Source: an uncultured virus (IMG/VR IMGVR_UViG_3300023435_000001) (Duplodnaviria; Heunggongvirae; Uroviricota; Caudoviricetes). From it: DNA of 64,000 nucleotides. Both the position numbers and the translations under genes were made by a program. This document shows positions 1-9,705 of the stretch, in pieces. The DNA lies in IMG/VR virus record IMGVR_UViG_3300023435_000001. The stretch is one strand, 5' to 3'. The notes beneath the pieces are model-generated. The model searched no databases and was not told the DNA's origin. It saw nothing but the letters and a program-made list of their open reading frames with translations. Position 1 is the first letter of the stretch, and each line of letters starts with the position of its first letter.

Positions 1-1861
1 TATCTATTCCAGTATTAGTATGTCGAAAATTCTGGCCAATGAAGTAGCTATCGCCTGCCGCAGGGGTTGTTTGGGCTGACAACGATGCTGTCCCACCGAT
101 CTGTATCGCCGTAAAATCTGGAGATGTACGCCAGTCTGTTTCTGGAGTAACACCGATCCCTACGTCAGCACCCTTAAGGTGCCACAGGTTATTCGTGTCA
201 TCGAAAGTTTGTAGTGGCCCTGCTGCTTGGCCTATAGTTCCACCATTTTTTACGGTTAAAACAGAGACTCCTGCTTCTAAGTTTCCGGACGTATCGGTGT
301 GTATTGTTCGGTAATCCCGTAGTGATTCAACAGTTCCGTCATAGTGAAAATCAGCCCAGGAATCAGTCCAGTTGCCTGTTATCGTAAGCTGGTTGACGTC
401 ATTAACATCAAAAGCGCCACCACCCGCCGACGCCATATCGTTAAACGACACATATAAGGTTTGTGTGCCATCACCGTAGCCAAGCATACAATTTTTTCCA
501 GCATTATGCTCGAAGTGGACATTATGGAAATTAAAAAAGCCTTTTTGTGCCCAAAGACCGGCAATTGTTGAGCGTCCACTTGCTGTCTCAATTGTGCCAC
601 CAAAAAAGTTATTCGTACCACCCTCAGTGGAGTAAATATTATATTCATAATTTGATTGATGCGTGCAATTATACCAATTAGTGATCACAGAAGCGTTATC
701 ATAAGGAAACGTGACGCCTATGTCATTGTTCCACGTATATACGTTAGTGTAATTTGCGTAAAGTCCACCGCCATGCTGAATAGCTATGTCGTAATACGCG
801 ATTTCTACGTTTGTCATGGTAACGTGTTGCACTTCGTCATCAGTAGTGTCCTCTCCGAAAGAGAAACATATACCCTGTTGGTTTAGTGCTGATTCATATG
901 AACGAAAATCTGTGAAGATGGCTGCCGATGCTTTGTCGATATCGATAAATATATCACCAACAGCTTGAGCAGTAAAGACAAAGTGCGTTTCGTGTGGCCC
1001 CTGTCCTCTAATATGTATTTTATTGCCGCCGCCTGTAATGTTCTCTACTATTGTGCCGTTGAAAAAGTACTGACCACAACCAAATTCTACAACTAATCTT
1101 TTGTTGTTTGTAAAACTGATTATAGGCGCCATTGCACTGGTGTTATTAGTTTCGATAGATGCGGTTGGTGTGGACTCTGATGTTGTGACACCAAACCACT
1201 CAGGAAAAACAGCGTCAATTTTGGGGCTACCTGTTACAGTCATCGAATCATAATTAAAAATAGTAGTCCGGCCTGCGACCAGTCCGCCATCTATATCTAT
1301 AATTGCTGTGCCATCCCCCTTGAGCCACGCACCAGGCTCAAACTTCAGCGTAACATCATTAGGCACCGATATAGACGTCGTAAAATAATAAGCTGTTAAG
1401 GATGATGGGAAATACACTGTACCATCAACAGCCTGAGCAGCGGTAATAGCTGCTTCTATAGAAACTTCATCATCTGTTACCCCGTCGCCAGTAACACCGT
1501 AATCTCTTACGTCAAAAACGTGGTCTAAATTAACATCCCCTTTCCATGTTACCCGCTCTGCATCGGATTCCGTACCTTCTATCATAGGAACCCAGTTAGC
1601 ATCTACAGATACTCCGGTTTCTGTAGTCCAGTCAGTACCATCCCCCACCATAATGATACCGTTAATAGGAATTAACGCTGCGATATCATCAAGATTATCG
1701 TCCCAAGCTTGCACATTTTTACCAATAGCGTCACCTGTTAAAGTATTGATCGTCGCTACTTTAGCTTTTAACTCATCAGCAGTTATTTTTCCGCGGTATG
1801 CTATATCAGCTACGCACACACTACAGAGCACTAAGGAAAGTATGATCGATCTTTTAAACAT
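1..1861 (-). CDS. Tailspike/tail fibre with pectate-lyase-3-like beta-helix and N-terminal signal-peptide-like leader (partial, runs off window)
   Basis: Not in the ORF track; translated by hand from the ATG at 1861: MFKRSIILSLVLCSVCVADIAY...VFDVRDYGVTGDGVTDD (tailspike beta-helix start motif), later VGIGVTPETDW fibre motif. No stop seen in the stretches read. Confidence 0.8.
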   Translation of the reverse strand, partial: MFKRSIILSLVLCSVCVADIAYRGKITADELKAKVATINTLTGDAIGKNVQAWDDNLDDIAALIPINGIIMVGDGTDWTTETGVSVDANWVPMIEGTESDAERVTWKGDVNLDHVFDVRDYGVTGDGVTDDEVSIEAAITAAQAVDGTVYFPSSLTAYYFTTSISVPNDVTLKFEPGAWLKGDGTAIIDIDGGLVAGRTTIFNYDSMTVTGSPKIDAVFPEWFGVTTSESTPTASIETNNTSAMAPIISFTNNKRLVVEFGCGQYFFNGTIVENITGGGNKIHIRGQGPHETHFVFTAQAVGDIFIDIDKASAAIFTDFRSYESALNQQGICFSFGEDTTDDEVQHVTMTNVEIAYYDIAIQHGGGLYANYTNVYTWNNDIGVTFPYDNASVITNWYNCTHQSNYEYNIYSTEGGTNNFFGGTIETASGRSTIAGLWAQKGFFNFHNVHFEHNAGKNCMLGYGDGTQTLYVSFNDMASAGGGAFDVNDVNQLTITGNWTDSWADFHYDGTVESLRDYRTIHTDTSGNLEAGVSVLTVKNGGTIGQAAGPLQTFDDTNNLWHLKGADVGIGVTPETDWRTSPDFTAIQIGGTASLSAQTTPAAGDSYFIGQNFRHTNTGID

Positions 1862-1862
1862 A

Positions 1863-2999
1863 TTACTGCCTTTCTAAAGTTAATTCAAATCCAAGTACGT
1901 ATAAGCTTTGATCATGATAATCATCTGATGCATCAGCGTTTCTCTTTAAAATACCCTTAACAATACTTCCGCTGGAAAAAGTTAATAAAAATCCGTCGGT
2001 GACCTGTGATTGTTGTAGTAAATAATTTGTAGTTGGAACTGTAAGAGCATAGACAGCAGTTGATCCTGTCCGTATATCACTACCAGAAGATAATGTAGTT
2101 AAGCCGAATAATGTTTGAAAAGATCCTGATCCCTTTTGTCCACTGTAAGATATTTTAGTTCGTATTTTATAAGTGCCAGATATAATACTAGGTGGCATTA
2201 CTACTGTAAACCCGATTTCAGAATCAACATCATTTGGTAATTTCCACATCTCAGTAGGATACAGATCAATGTACTCAATGTAGTCAACTGCTTTTGAATC
2301 AGGATCAGTGTTATCTGATAATCGTACATATATCGTAGAATATCCCAAGCTATCATTATCTGCATAATCCCACTCTTCAGCAGATAATGAACCGGCAGTT
2401 GCGGCATCTAAAGAGAACCCATCTTCGTACACTTCTTGTGGTGCGTCTGCTATTAAAGGGTCTCCACTGGCTGCAAGTGATACGTAGTACTCATTTGTAC
2501 CAGAACTAGAAGCAGTCCACTTAAACCCATCTCCAACTAACGAAAGCCGCGAGGATCGTTCAGGTGAACCAGAAATTTCGTGTATATTATGCGCTGGTAT
2601 AAACATAGAAGTGTCCTCTATAGTATCGTTTGATATCGTCACTGAACTGTACTGTTTAAAGTGTTGTGTAACATTCCAAGAATTAATGTCGTTATTAGAT
2701 GACCAATTCAAAACACTATTAAATCTAACAACGTATGTTGTGTTATCATCTGGGTTTAACCAAAAAAACTCAGTTGCTTTATTTACAGCATAAAAAGTAT
2801 CTAGTGTATCTTTATCCGTATCAGTTACATTACGTAATTCATGATTAAAATAAATCGTGTTAAGAGTTTTAGTACTAATAACAATAGGTGCGCCGCTTAT
2901 AAATTGTTTTTTATTCACACTTTGCGCATGGCCAGACTCACTCCATCGTGAGACCAGACCATAACTAGATATTGTAGGATAAGTGTTTAATATAGGCAT
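1863..2999 (-). CDS. Distal tail protein-like N-terminal domain plus C-terminal extension
   Basis: N-terminal ~120 aa is paralogous to 2999-3346 (shared SNNDINSWNV); lies downstream of the tape measure gene. Confidence 0.55.
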   Translation of the reverse strand: MPILNTYPTISSYGLVSRWSESGHAQSVNKKQFISGAPIVISTKTLNTIYFNHELRNVTDTDKDTLDTFYAVNKATEFFWLNPDDNTTYVVRFNSVLNWSSNNDINSWNVTQHFKQYSSVTISNDTIEDTSMFIPAHNIHEISGSPERSSRLSLVGDGFKWTASSSGTNEYYVSLAASGDPLIADAPQEVYEDGFSLDAATAGSLSAEEWDYADNDSLGYSTIYVRLSDNTDPDSKAVDYIEYIDLYPTEMWKLPNDVDSEIGFTVVMPPSIISGTYKIRTKISYSGQKGSGSFQTLFGLTTLSSGSDIRTGSTAVYALTVPTTNYLLQQSQVTDGFLLTFSSGSIVKGILKRNADASDDYHDQSLYVLGFELTLERQ

Positions 3000-3346
3000 T
3001 AAGCTACCAAAGATATAGTTTGAATAAACTCAATATCAACATTCCAAGAATTGATATCGTTATTAGATGTGTATGTTGGAACATTTTGAAAAGCTACGAT
3101 GTACACAGCACTTGTTCTAGGACGTGTCCAATAGAACTCTTTATCTTTATTATTATTGTAAAAAGTTCGCAGAGACTCTTTATCAGTACTAGTAAGGTTA
3201 AACAATAGAAATTCAAACGAAACCGCATTAAAAGTCACTTCAGTATCTACAAAGGCATCGCCGGTACTACGAGCACCACTTGTTTGTGTGTGCTCGTTCC
3301 AACCACGAACTGAACCGACTGTTGATAGTATAGGAAATGTATTCAT
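2999..3346 (-). CDS. Distal tail protein (lambda gpM-like)
   Basis: 115 aa, immediately after tape measure; FYNNNKDKEFYWTRP resembles gpM-type F-x-W-x-x-P. Confidence 0.6.
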   Translation of the reverse strand: MNTFPILSTVGSVRGWNEHTQTSGARSTGDAFVDTEVTFNAVSFEFLLFNLTSTDKESLRTFYNNNKDKEFYWTRPRTSAVYIVAFQNVPTYTSNNDINSWNVDIEFIQTISLVA

Positions 3347-5850
3347 TATGAGGTCGCTAACTGCCGTACTTTTGATTGTACAGACATATTTGTATCAGCG
3401 AGCCTTAACCACACTTCCATAAATCGCTGATCGTTTTCGATGTATTCTCTACGCTTTCTTTCTACAAGGGGCTGTCCCTCATAATGTAAAGTCAATGCTA
3501 CATTACCACCGGATTTTTGATCAAGCGTCTTACCTACACCAGAGAACTCTTCACCTTTATGAATCAAAGCCCAACCAGTTCGTTCTACACGACCACCGTC
3601 AGCAGCTTGAGCTGTAGCAGGTACTGCAGCGGTAGTTCCAGGTATGGCACTTATAAATCCTTTAGCAGCTGAAGTAAAAGCACCGCCAAGCCCTTGAGCT
3701 AGCGGTCTGATTAGTGCAATTCTTAAAGCTTCATAATAAACTTCTTTAAGAACGTTCTTCACTGTGTCGGCCCAGCCCTCCCAGTTCTGTGCCATTTGCA
3801 TCAAACCGTTTTCAGTGATTGAAGAAATACTTGTCTGAAATTCTTGGAACTTCTGTATTGCTGAAGCTGAAAAGGACTTAGTACTCTCAGCTACGCCCTC
3901 TTGTAAGTGCTCGATTTTAGGTGCGATCTCTTCAATTGTATTTTTAAGAGCTTCAGCTTGCGTTCTTAAACTTTCGATTACTTTAAGCGAAGGATCCGTA
4001 TCACTAAGACCTGATGACATCTCTTTTAACCAAGTAATGAATGAAGTTAGATCAGCTTTTGCTTGTTGAATATTTAAGTCTATTAACTCTTTAAAAGACT
4101 GCCCTGTGAACTTAGCGACTTGATCGAGTTCTCTTTTCATACCCTTGAACTTACTTGGCACTAATTTTACCATACGATCAAGATTAGCTGATAAACCATC
4201 CCGACCTTCTATAAAATCTTGCATCCAAGTATTCGCATCACCTTCATTAAACGAACTACCGGGTCCTAGCATTCCACGCTGCATTTGTTTATTCGTAGCG
4301 TTCCAAAAGCCCGCAATGTCTTTAGCTAACTCACCAAGGCTAGCTGTGAATGCTCCAATAACATGGTTCCAATTTTTAATAATCCATTCATACCCAGTTT
4401 TAAATACAGCTACTACATTTACCCAAAATTCACTAATCACATTTAAGAAACTCTGTAGAGTATCTCGCATACCTGCGAAGTTATTTCGCCACACTGTCGC
4501 TAAAGAATAAACGCCTACTCCAATCGCTGCAATAATCGCGATTATCGGTAAAAGCTTAAGCTGTAATGCTACTATAATTGTGATCGTAGCTTTCATGAAC
4601 AACAAAGCTTTAATCAAAAAACCCATTGCGATTAATACAGGTCCAGTCGCAGCTACTATTAAAGTCATATTTATCAGTAATTGTTGAGTCGCAGTACCAA
4701 GGCTTAAAAACCATAAAGAAACTTCTCTAACGATCTGTCCAATTTCAAGTAACTTTGGAGCAAGCTTTTTACCGATAAACCTGAACACTGCATCAACATG
4801 ATGTTTAGTTAGTTTCATCTGATTAATGAACGCTTTAAGTTGCTTATTAGCTACTTCTTCAGTGATGCCACCCATACTTTTTAATTCTTTATGATATTCT
4901 CGAATCGCATCCGCAGTTCCAAGAAGAGGCGTAATAGCTTTTTGTGACCTCGCTTCAAAACCTAAAATAGCTAAAGACGCAGCACGAGCTTCCGGCGACA
5001 TTTTACCAAATGAATCAGTTAAGTCTTGAATAATATCAGCTAATGGTCTATAACTTCCAAACTCATCAAACACATCTATGTCAAAAGATTTCCAAGCTTG
5101 ACGGTTATCAAAAAAGCTTTTAGTCATAAGTCGTAACATCCGACCAAACATGTTACCAGCTTCTTCAGCTTTGAGTCCTTGATCAGCGTACGCAGCTAAA
5201 ACAGCTACGCCTTCTTCAAGCTGAATGTTCATTGATCGCATCGCTGCGCCTGCATCGCTAGTTAGTGCTTTACTAAATTGCTCAACAGTAGCATTAGCTA
5301 AAGTGTTAGCACCAACAAGAGTGTCTGTAACTCTGATCATGTTCTCCATATTTTTAGTAGCATCAGCAGCTTTTAAACCTAAAGCACTTTGCGCATCAGT
5401 CGCTAAATCTGTAGCGGTTGCCATATCAAACGCTCCCGCTGTGGCAAAAGACATTACTTTCGGCAACGCAGCCATTGACTGCTCAACATTAAGTCCAGCA
5501 GATGCTAAGTAAAAGTAAGACGAAGCTAAATCATCTGCTGATTTATTACTTTCCAGTGATAAAGAAGTGGCAAGTTCTTTCATTGAGCTTTGCATCCCTG
5601 TAGATACGTCACCCATGATCGATAAACTTTCAGTCATCTTCAAATCAAAACTACTAAACGCTTTTTCAGCTTTCCTTAATGCTAATGTTATCGGCAAGGT
5701 TACACCAAGAGACATCTTAGTGCCCATCGATGTAAGATTTTTAGACATCACCTGCATCTTAGATTCGATAGACCGCATTCCTTTTACGAAGTGCGTGTCG
5801 TTAAGTTTAAGATGAACTAATAAATTGCCTAAGTCTAAACCAAAAGACAT
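3346..5850 (-). CDS. Tail tape measure protein (TP901-type)
   Basis: 834 aa, Ala/helical; GVTLPI, YLASAG, ATAG motifs; hydrophobic central segment; follows the chaperone pair. Confidence 0.93.
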   Translation of the reverse strand: MSFGLDLGNLLVHLKLNDTHFVKGMRSIESKMQVMSKNLTSMGTKMSLGVTLPITLALRKAEKAFSSFDLKMTESLSIMGDVSTGMQSSMKELATSLSLESNKSADDLASSYFYLASAGLNVEQSMAALPKVMSFATAGAFDMATATDLATDAQSALGLKAADATKNMENMIRVTDTLVGANTLANATVEQFSKALTSDAGAAMRSMNIQLEEGVAVLAAYADQGLKAEEAGNMFGRMLRLMTKSFFDNRQAWKSFDIDVFDEFGSYRPLADIIQDLTDSFGKMSPEARAASLAILGFEARSQKAITPLLGTADAIREYHKELKSMGGITEEVANKQLKAFINQMKLTKHHVDAVFRFIGKKLAPKLLEIGQIVREVSLWFLSLGTATQQLLINMTLIVAATGPVLIAMGFLIKALLFMKATITIIVALQLKLLPIIAIIAAIGVGVYSLATVWRNNFAGMRDTLQSFLNVISEFWVNVVAVFKTGYEWIIKNWNHVIGAFTASLGELAKDIAGFWNATNKQMQRGMLGPGSSFNEGDANTWMQDFIEGRDGLSANLDRMVKLVPSKFKGMKRELDQVAKFTGQSFKELIDLNIQQAKADLTSFITWLKEMSSGLSDTDPSLKVIESLRTQAEALKNTIEEIAPKIEHLQEGVAESTKSFSASAIQKFQEFQTSISSITENGLMQMAQNWEGWADTVKNVLKEVYYEALRIALIRPLAQGLGGAFTSAAKGFISAIPGTTAAVPATAQAADGGRVERTGWALIHKGEEFSGVGKTLDQKSGGNVALTLHYEGQPLVERKRREYIENDQRFMEVWLRLADTNMSVQSKVRQLATS

Positions 5851-5851
5851 T

Positions 5852-6202
5852 CTAATCCTTTCGAGGAGGTTGTCGTTTCACACTTGCCCATGCTAACCAT
5901 CTCTGCTTTATTCTGCTTAAAGTTTGCTTGTAAGACTTTTTAATTTTCTTCGGCTTATCTGTTTTAAATTTTAATAAAAATGGATCAAGCGTGACGCTTT
6001 TTGGATCTTTTGAGTTACTTGCTACGATCATTCTAGCAATGTTAGCTAAAAAGTAATCTTCTCTATGAAAGCTGTTAACCTTAAGTTGTAGATATTGTAA
6101 CCAATCTAAGAACTCAGTTGAGGAAGTCTCTAGTTGGCACCTTTGTTTAGACATATGAAGGTGTGAAGCTAGTTCGTGCCAAGCAAGAGTTTCCCCTTTC
6201 AT
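5852..6202 (-). CDS. Tail assembly chaperone, frameshift (GT) extension
   Basis: In the -1 frame of the upstream chaperone, behind a slippery site; precedes tape measure. Confidence 0.8.
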   Translation of the reverse strand: MKGETLAWHELASHLHMSKQRCQLETSSTEFLDWLQYLQLKVNSFHREDYFLANIARMIVASNSKDPKSVTLDPFLLKFKTDKPKKIKKSYKQTLSRIKQRWLAWASVKRQPPRKD

Positions 6203-6555
6203 TCGTTTTTTGATTCTGTATCAGTACCTTTGTCTAAAGCGCTCATGCTTTGAGCTTTTTCAAAAAGAGCATTAAGAACTTGAGAAGGCCAAGTTTGAAG
6301 AGTGTCCTCTGGTACTAATTTACCTGCTTCATCATACACGCACAGCGAAAGTAAGCCGGACTGTAAACCTTCGTAATTTGACAACCCTTTAGTCTTACCA
6401 TCTTCAGTGAACTGCATACGTCCACCCATGTTATTTAAGTATGCGTCCCGCTCACGCCCGTCAAGTTCTTTTAAAACAAACGTACGAGCGATGTCATCTA
6501 AACCAGTAACTTGAAATTGCTCTTCTTTAAGTATAAGTGAAAAATACATAGTCAT
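6199..6555 (-). CDS. Tail assembly chaperone (G)
   Basis: Between tail tube and tape measure; ends at the slippery site. Confidence 0.8.
   Translation of the reverse strand: MTMYFSLILKEEQFQVTGLDDIARTFVLKELDGRERDAYLNNMGGRMQFTEDGKTKGLSNYEGLQSGLLSLCVYDEAGKLVPEDTLQTWPSQVLNALFEKAQSMSALDKGTDTESKNE
6205..6211 (-). other. Programmed -1 frameshift heptamer A AAA AAC
   Basis: Minus strand TCA AAA AAC GAA TGA; a -1 slip reads ...KKRMKGETLAW in frame with 5852-6202. Confidence 0.85.
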
Positions 6556-6593
6556 ATTCCTTTTCTAAATCTTACTATAAATGAAGTAGTACA

Positions 6594-7052
6594 CTATGCT
6601 TCTGTTAGTACAGGAGCGATCTCTGCATCATCAGCGTCGCCATTCATGTTCGACGGTATGAGTGAAACATTCGCAGTCGGTTGAGCACCTTCAACCTGAG
6701 AGTTTGGAGTAAATGAGTCAACAAATCCCCAAAATACTAACGTTGCTCCATCTGGAAACGTTATAGTTATTTCTTGATTATCATGAACCATATTTACCAT
6801 TTCGGTATATAGTCCAGGATTCCAAGCTACAACAATCGGTGCTTCAGTTAGAGTTTTTAAGTTCTTAGGGGCTAACGTTCTCCAAGTTTCATTACGCATT
6901 GTAGACACATCATTTGCTCCACCACCAGATACACCTGGAGGCGTTACTTCTTTTTCTTTCATAACAAGAGTTATGATCGCAGCACTCGTTAACTGCGAAG
7001 AAGTAAACGTAATAGTAGTTTGATGCCCATCATTCATTACAGCCATATTCAA
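6594..7052 (-). CDS. Major tail tube protein
   Basis: 152 aa; ITITFPDGATLVFWGFV motif typical of siphovirus tube proteins; position. Confidence 0.8.
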   Translation of the reverse strand: MNMAVMNDGHQTTITFTSSQLTSAAIITLVMKEKEVTPPGVSGGGANDVSTMRNETWRTLAPKNLKTLTEAPIVVAWNPGLYTEMVNMVHDNQEITITFPDGATLVFWGFVDSFTPNSQVEGAQPTANVSLIPSNMNGDADDAEIAPVLTEA

Positions 7053-7074
7053 TTCCTTTCAATTTATTATCTGT

Positions 7075-7515
7075 TTATCTATTAGTCATTGAGACGATAA
7101 AGTTTTTTGTAAACTTATTTAATATTCTTTGACCTGTTGGTCCAAGTGTCACTATAGCGGACGTTGATGTTATAGTATTCACTGTATAAGTATAAGTATT
7201 AACTATAACAGCTTCGTTGGCTATTCCAGCAAATGCAGTATTAATACTATTTATCAATTGCCACGCTGTTAAGTAGTTTTTACTCCTAACCCTAACCCGT
7301 ATGCCGTTATGTGTTACACGATCGCCCTGCATGCCTCTGCTTTCTTCAATTCCTGGCGTATCGTATACTACAATACATGTATCTGGTTTATCAGGTTCAT
7401 GATTTATAAATACTGGATTAGCAGCGTTAGCAGACGGAAGAGTACCTGAAGCTAAATTTTCGATCAACATCTCAGCGATAACATATGATGTTGGTAGTGT
7501 ATTAGCTGTAACCAT
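7075..7515 (-). CDS. Tail terminator/completion protein, copy 1
   Basis: EPDKPDTCIVVYDTPG, IRVRVRSKNY; directly upstream of tail tube. Confidence 0.7.
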   Translation of the reverse strand: MVTANTLPTSYVIAEMLIENLASGTLPSANAANPVFINHEPDKPDTCIVVYDTPGIEESRGMQGDRVTHNGIRVRVRSKNYLTAWQLINSINTAFAGIANEAVIVNTYTYTVNTITSTSAIVTLGPTGQRILNKFTKNFIVSMTNR

Positions 7516-7528
7516 TTAGCTCCTTTCG

Positions 7529-8023
7529 TTAGTTGTTAGTCATCGATACTATAAAATTTTTAGCAAGTTTATTAAGTATTCTCTGACCTGTTGGTCCAAT
7601 AGACACTATATCAGAAGTTGATGTTACCGTATTTATTGTATAAATATGCTCACTCGCTGCAACTTCTTCATTGGCTATACTAATAAATTCACTATCAATA
7701 TTATTCAATAGTTGCCACGCTGTTAAATAACTTTTTCCCCTGGTACGTATTTGTATGCCGTGATGTATACAAAGGTCACCTTGCATCCCTCTAATTTCTT
7801 CAATACCGGCCGTATCATAAATCGTTATGCATGCATCTGGCTTATCAGGTTCGTGACTTATAAATACTGGATTCGTAGTATTGGAAGATGGTAGTGATCC
7901 TATGCTCAATTTTTCTATTAGCATTGCAGCAACAATATATGAGGCTGGTAGTTCATCGCCGCCTTTTGGATATGTGCCCATTTCAAAAGGTGGGGCTAGT
8001 GATAATAAGTCACCAAGTAACAT
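7529..8023 (-). CDS. Tail terminator/completion protein, copy 2 (tandem paralog)
   Basis: Colinear with 7075-7515 (EPDKPD, RGMQGD, YLTAWQL, GPTGQRILNK, KNFIVSMTN). Confidence 0.7.
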   Translation of the reverse strand: MLLGDLLSLAPPFEMGTYPKGGDELPASYIVAAMLIEKLSIGSLPSSNTTNPVFISHEPDKPDACITIYDTAGIEEIRGMQGDLCIHHGIQIRTRGKSYLTAWQLLNNIDSEFISIANEEVAASEHIYTINTVTSTSDIVSIGPTGQRILNKLAKNFIVSMTNN

Positions 8024-9324
8024 TAGTTAGAGGCTCCTTGAACCTGTACAGTAGTTGTTGTAGGGCTCATTGTCTGAGTTGTTACAGCGGTTGTTCCGTC
8101 ATTCCCGTACGTAGTTAACGTTGTGCCAGAAATACCAACTTTCATAAAGAATCGTCGCCACAGTTGATCCTGTCGAGCTGGCCACGTTGTAGCAACTCCA
8201 GACGGTGCAGTAGTTGGAATTAAATCAAGTCCCGTAGATGCTAAACTGTATCCGGTTTTAGTTGTTACAACCGTTGATGTATCTACAAGAGTTACGTTAT
8301 TAACGTCGTCAGATCCAAATATGAAGTAATCAGCAGTTGGCATCGTTCGTGCATTAAATTGCGATACACTTGGAGGAACTACTGTATTTGCAGAATCTGT
8401 TCCACGCATATCTGTATTTGTTGTGGTGACATCTACAAGAGTTACGTTATTAACGTCGTCAGATCCAAATATGAAGTAATCAGCGGTTGCAAGTGTTCGT
8501 GCAATCATCTCAGTATCAGTAGGAGGATCATACGCAACTAAAGCGTCATTTGATTCTGATTGTATCGCAGCTAATGCAGTCGCATTCCAGGTGCTGGTTC
8601 CGTCTGACTTAGGTATTTTACCTACTTCCGTTGATAGTGCCGTAACATCCGTATTAGTAGTAGTTGTGGCCACTAGAGTCACACCGGCAATTGTATCACC
8701 AACTACAACATAATCTGCTGACACCAGTGTTCGTGCAATCATCTCAGTGTCAGTAGGCCCATCATAGTCAGTCAATGCACTGTCGGCCTCAGTATTAACG
8801 CTTGCTTTCATCGTAACCGTTAAATCACCTGCTGTAGGAGCATTGGTCAAGTTCGTAACAGTGGTCACTCCTGCTATCGTATCACCAACAATTGTATAAT
8901 CGGCAGACGCAAGTGTTCGAGTTTCGATATAAGTCGTTGCGTCTGTTGCTTCAATCTCGACCACGTCAACTGATGGATATCCACTGGATGCCATCGAGTC
9001 AGAGCCAAGTATGATATCCGTTATCGCGGGTGTTCCGCCTGCTTGTAGGTAAACAGATGCCCCATAAGTTCCCGCAGCTATACCGGCTGGAAATGTCACA
9101 GAGTAATAGTCGCCGCTTCCATCTGCAAGTGCCACATCATAGTTGGCGATGTTGGCATTGTTCCAAGCTACAAAAGTAGACGTAGTAGTTTGCCATACGG
9201 TCGCATCAGCAGGTTTACGGATAATAGTATAAACCGTACTCCCAGATGGATACACAAATTCAACTACCGAACCAAGGGCAATGGATGCCATCAATACTAT
9301 TAATGTAAACACTTTTCTTAACAT
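8023..9324 (-). CDS. Thr-rich fibre-like protein with signal peptide and internal repeats
   Basis: Leader MLRKVFTLIVLMASIALG; repeats PTDTEMIARTL, ADYFIFGSDDVNNVTLVD. Confidence 0.6.
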   Translation of the reverse strand: MLRKVFTLIVLMASIALGSVVEFVYPSGSTVYTIIRKPADATVWQTTTSTFVAWNNANIANYDVALADGSGDYYSVTFPAGIAAGTYGASVYLQAGGTPAITDIILGSDSMASSGYPSVDVVEIEATDATTYIETRTLASADYTIVGDTIAGVTTVTNLTNAPTAGDLTVTMKASVNTEADSALTDYDGPTDTEMIARTLVSADYVVVGDTIAGVTLVATTTTNTDVTALSTEVGKIPKSDGTSTWNATALAAIQSESNDALVAYDPPTDTEMIARTLATADYFIFGSDDVNNVTLVDVTTTNTDMRGTDSANTVVPPSVSQFNARTMPTADYFIFGSDDVNNVTLVDTSTVVTTKTGYSLASTGLDLIPTTAPSGVATTWPARQDQLWRRFFMKVGISGTTLTTYGNDGTTAVTTQTMSPTTTTVQVQGASN

Positions 9325-9332
9325 GATATCCC

Positions 9333-9704
9333 TTACTCAAATAGATTAGGATCGGCAGGAGCATCTTTAACAACCGCCGCTTTGGCTGCAATAAATGCGT
9401 CAACTTTGTTTTTGTTATCAACGGTGCGATACAGACCACGAGTCAATTGTCGTATGAACCTTTCGCCGAATTCCTTAGCGGTTTCAGCTTCGCCTTTAGG
9501 CTGTATTTCAAATTCCCAATCCGCTTTATAGAATCCTTCATCGGGATCACTGGCATAAATCTCAATGCGAATAGTCTTACCTGCTGCAGTGTTAAATGCC
9601 GCCAGTAAGTCGGTGACTATGTAATTAGGCACGCCAATTTCCAGGGTTACAGCCGCTACGACAGAGGCTAACATTAGACTGATGATGATTGCTTTCTTTT
9701 TCAT
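9333..9704 (-). CDS. Hypothetical protein with signal peptide
   Basis: Leader MKKKAIIISLMLASVVAA. Confidence 0.6.
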   Translation of the reverse strand: MKKKAIIISLMLASVVAAVTLEIGVPNYIVTDLLAAFNTAAGKTIRIEIYASDPDEGFYKADWEFEIQPKGEAETAKEFGERFIRQLTRGLYRTVDNKNKVDAFIAAKAAVVKDAPADPNLFE

Positions 9705-9705
9705 T

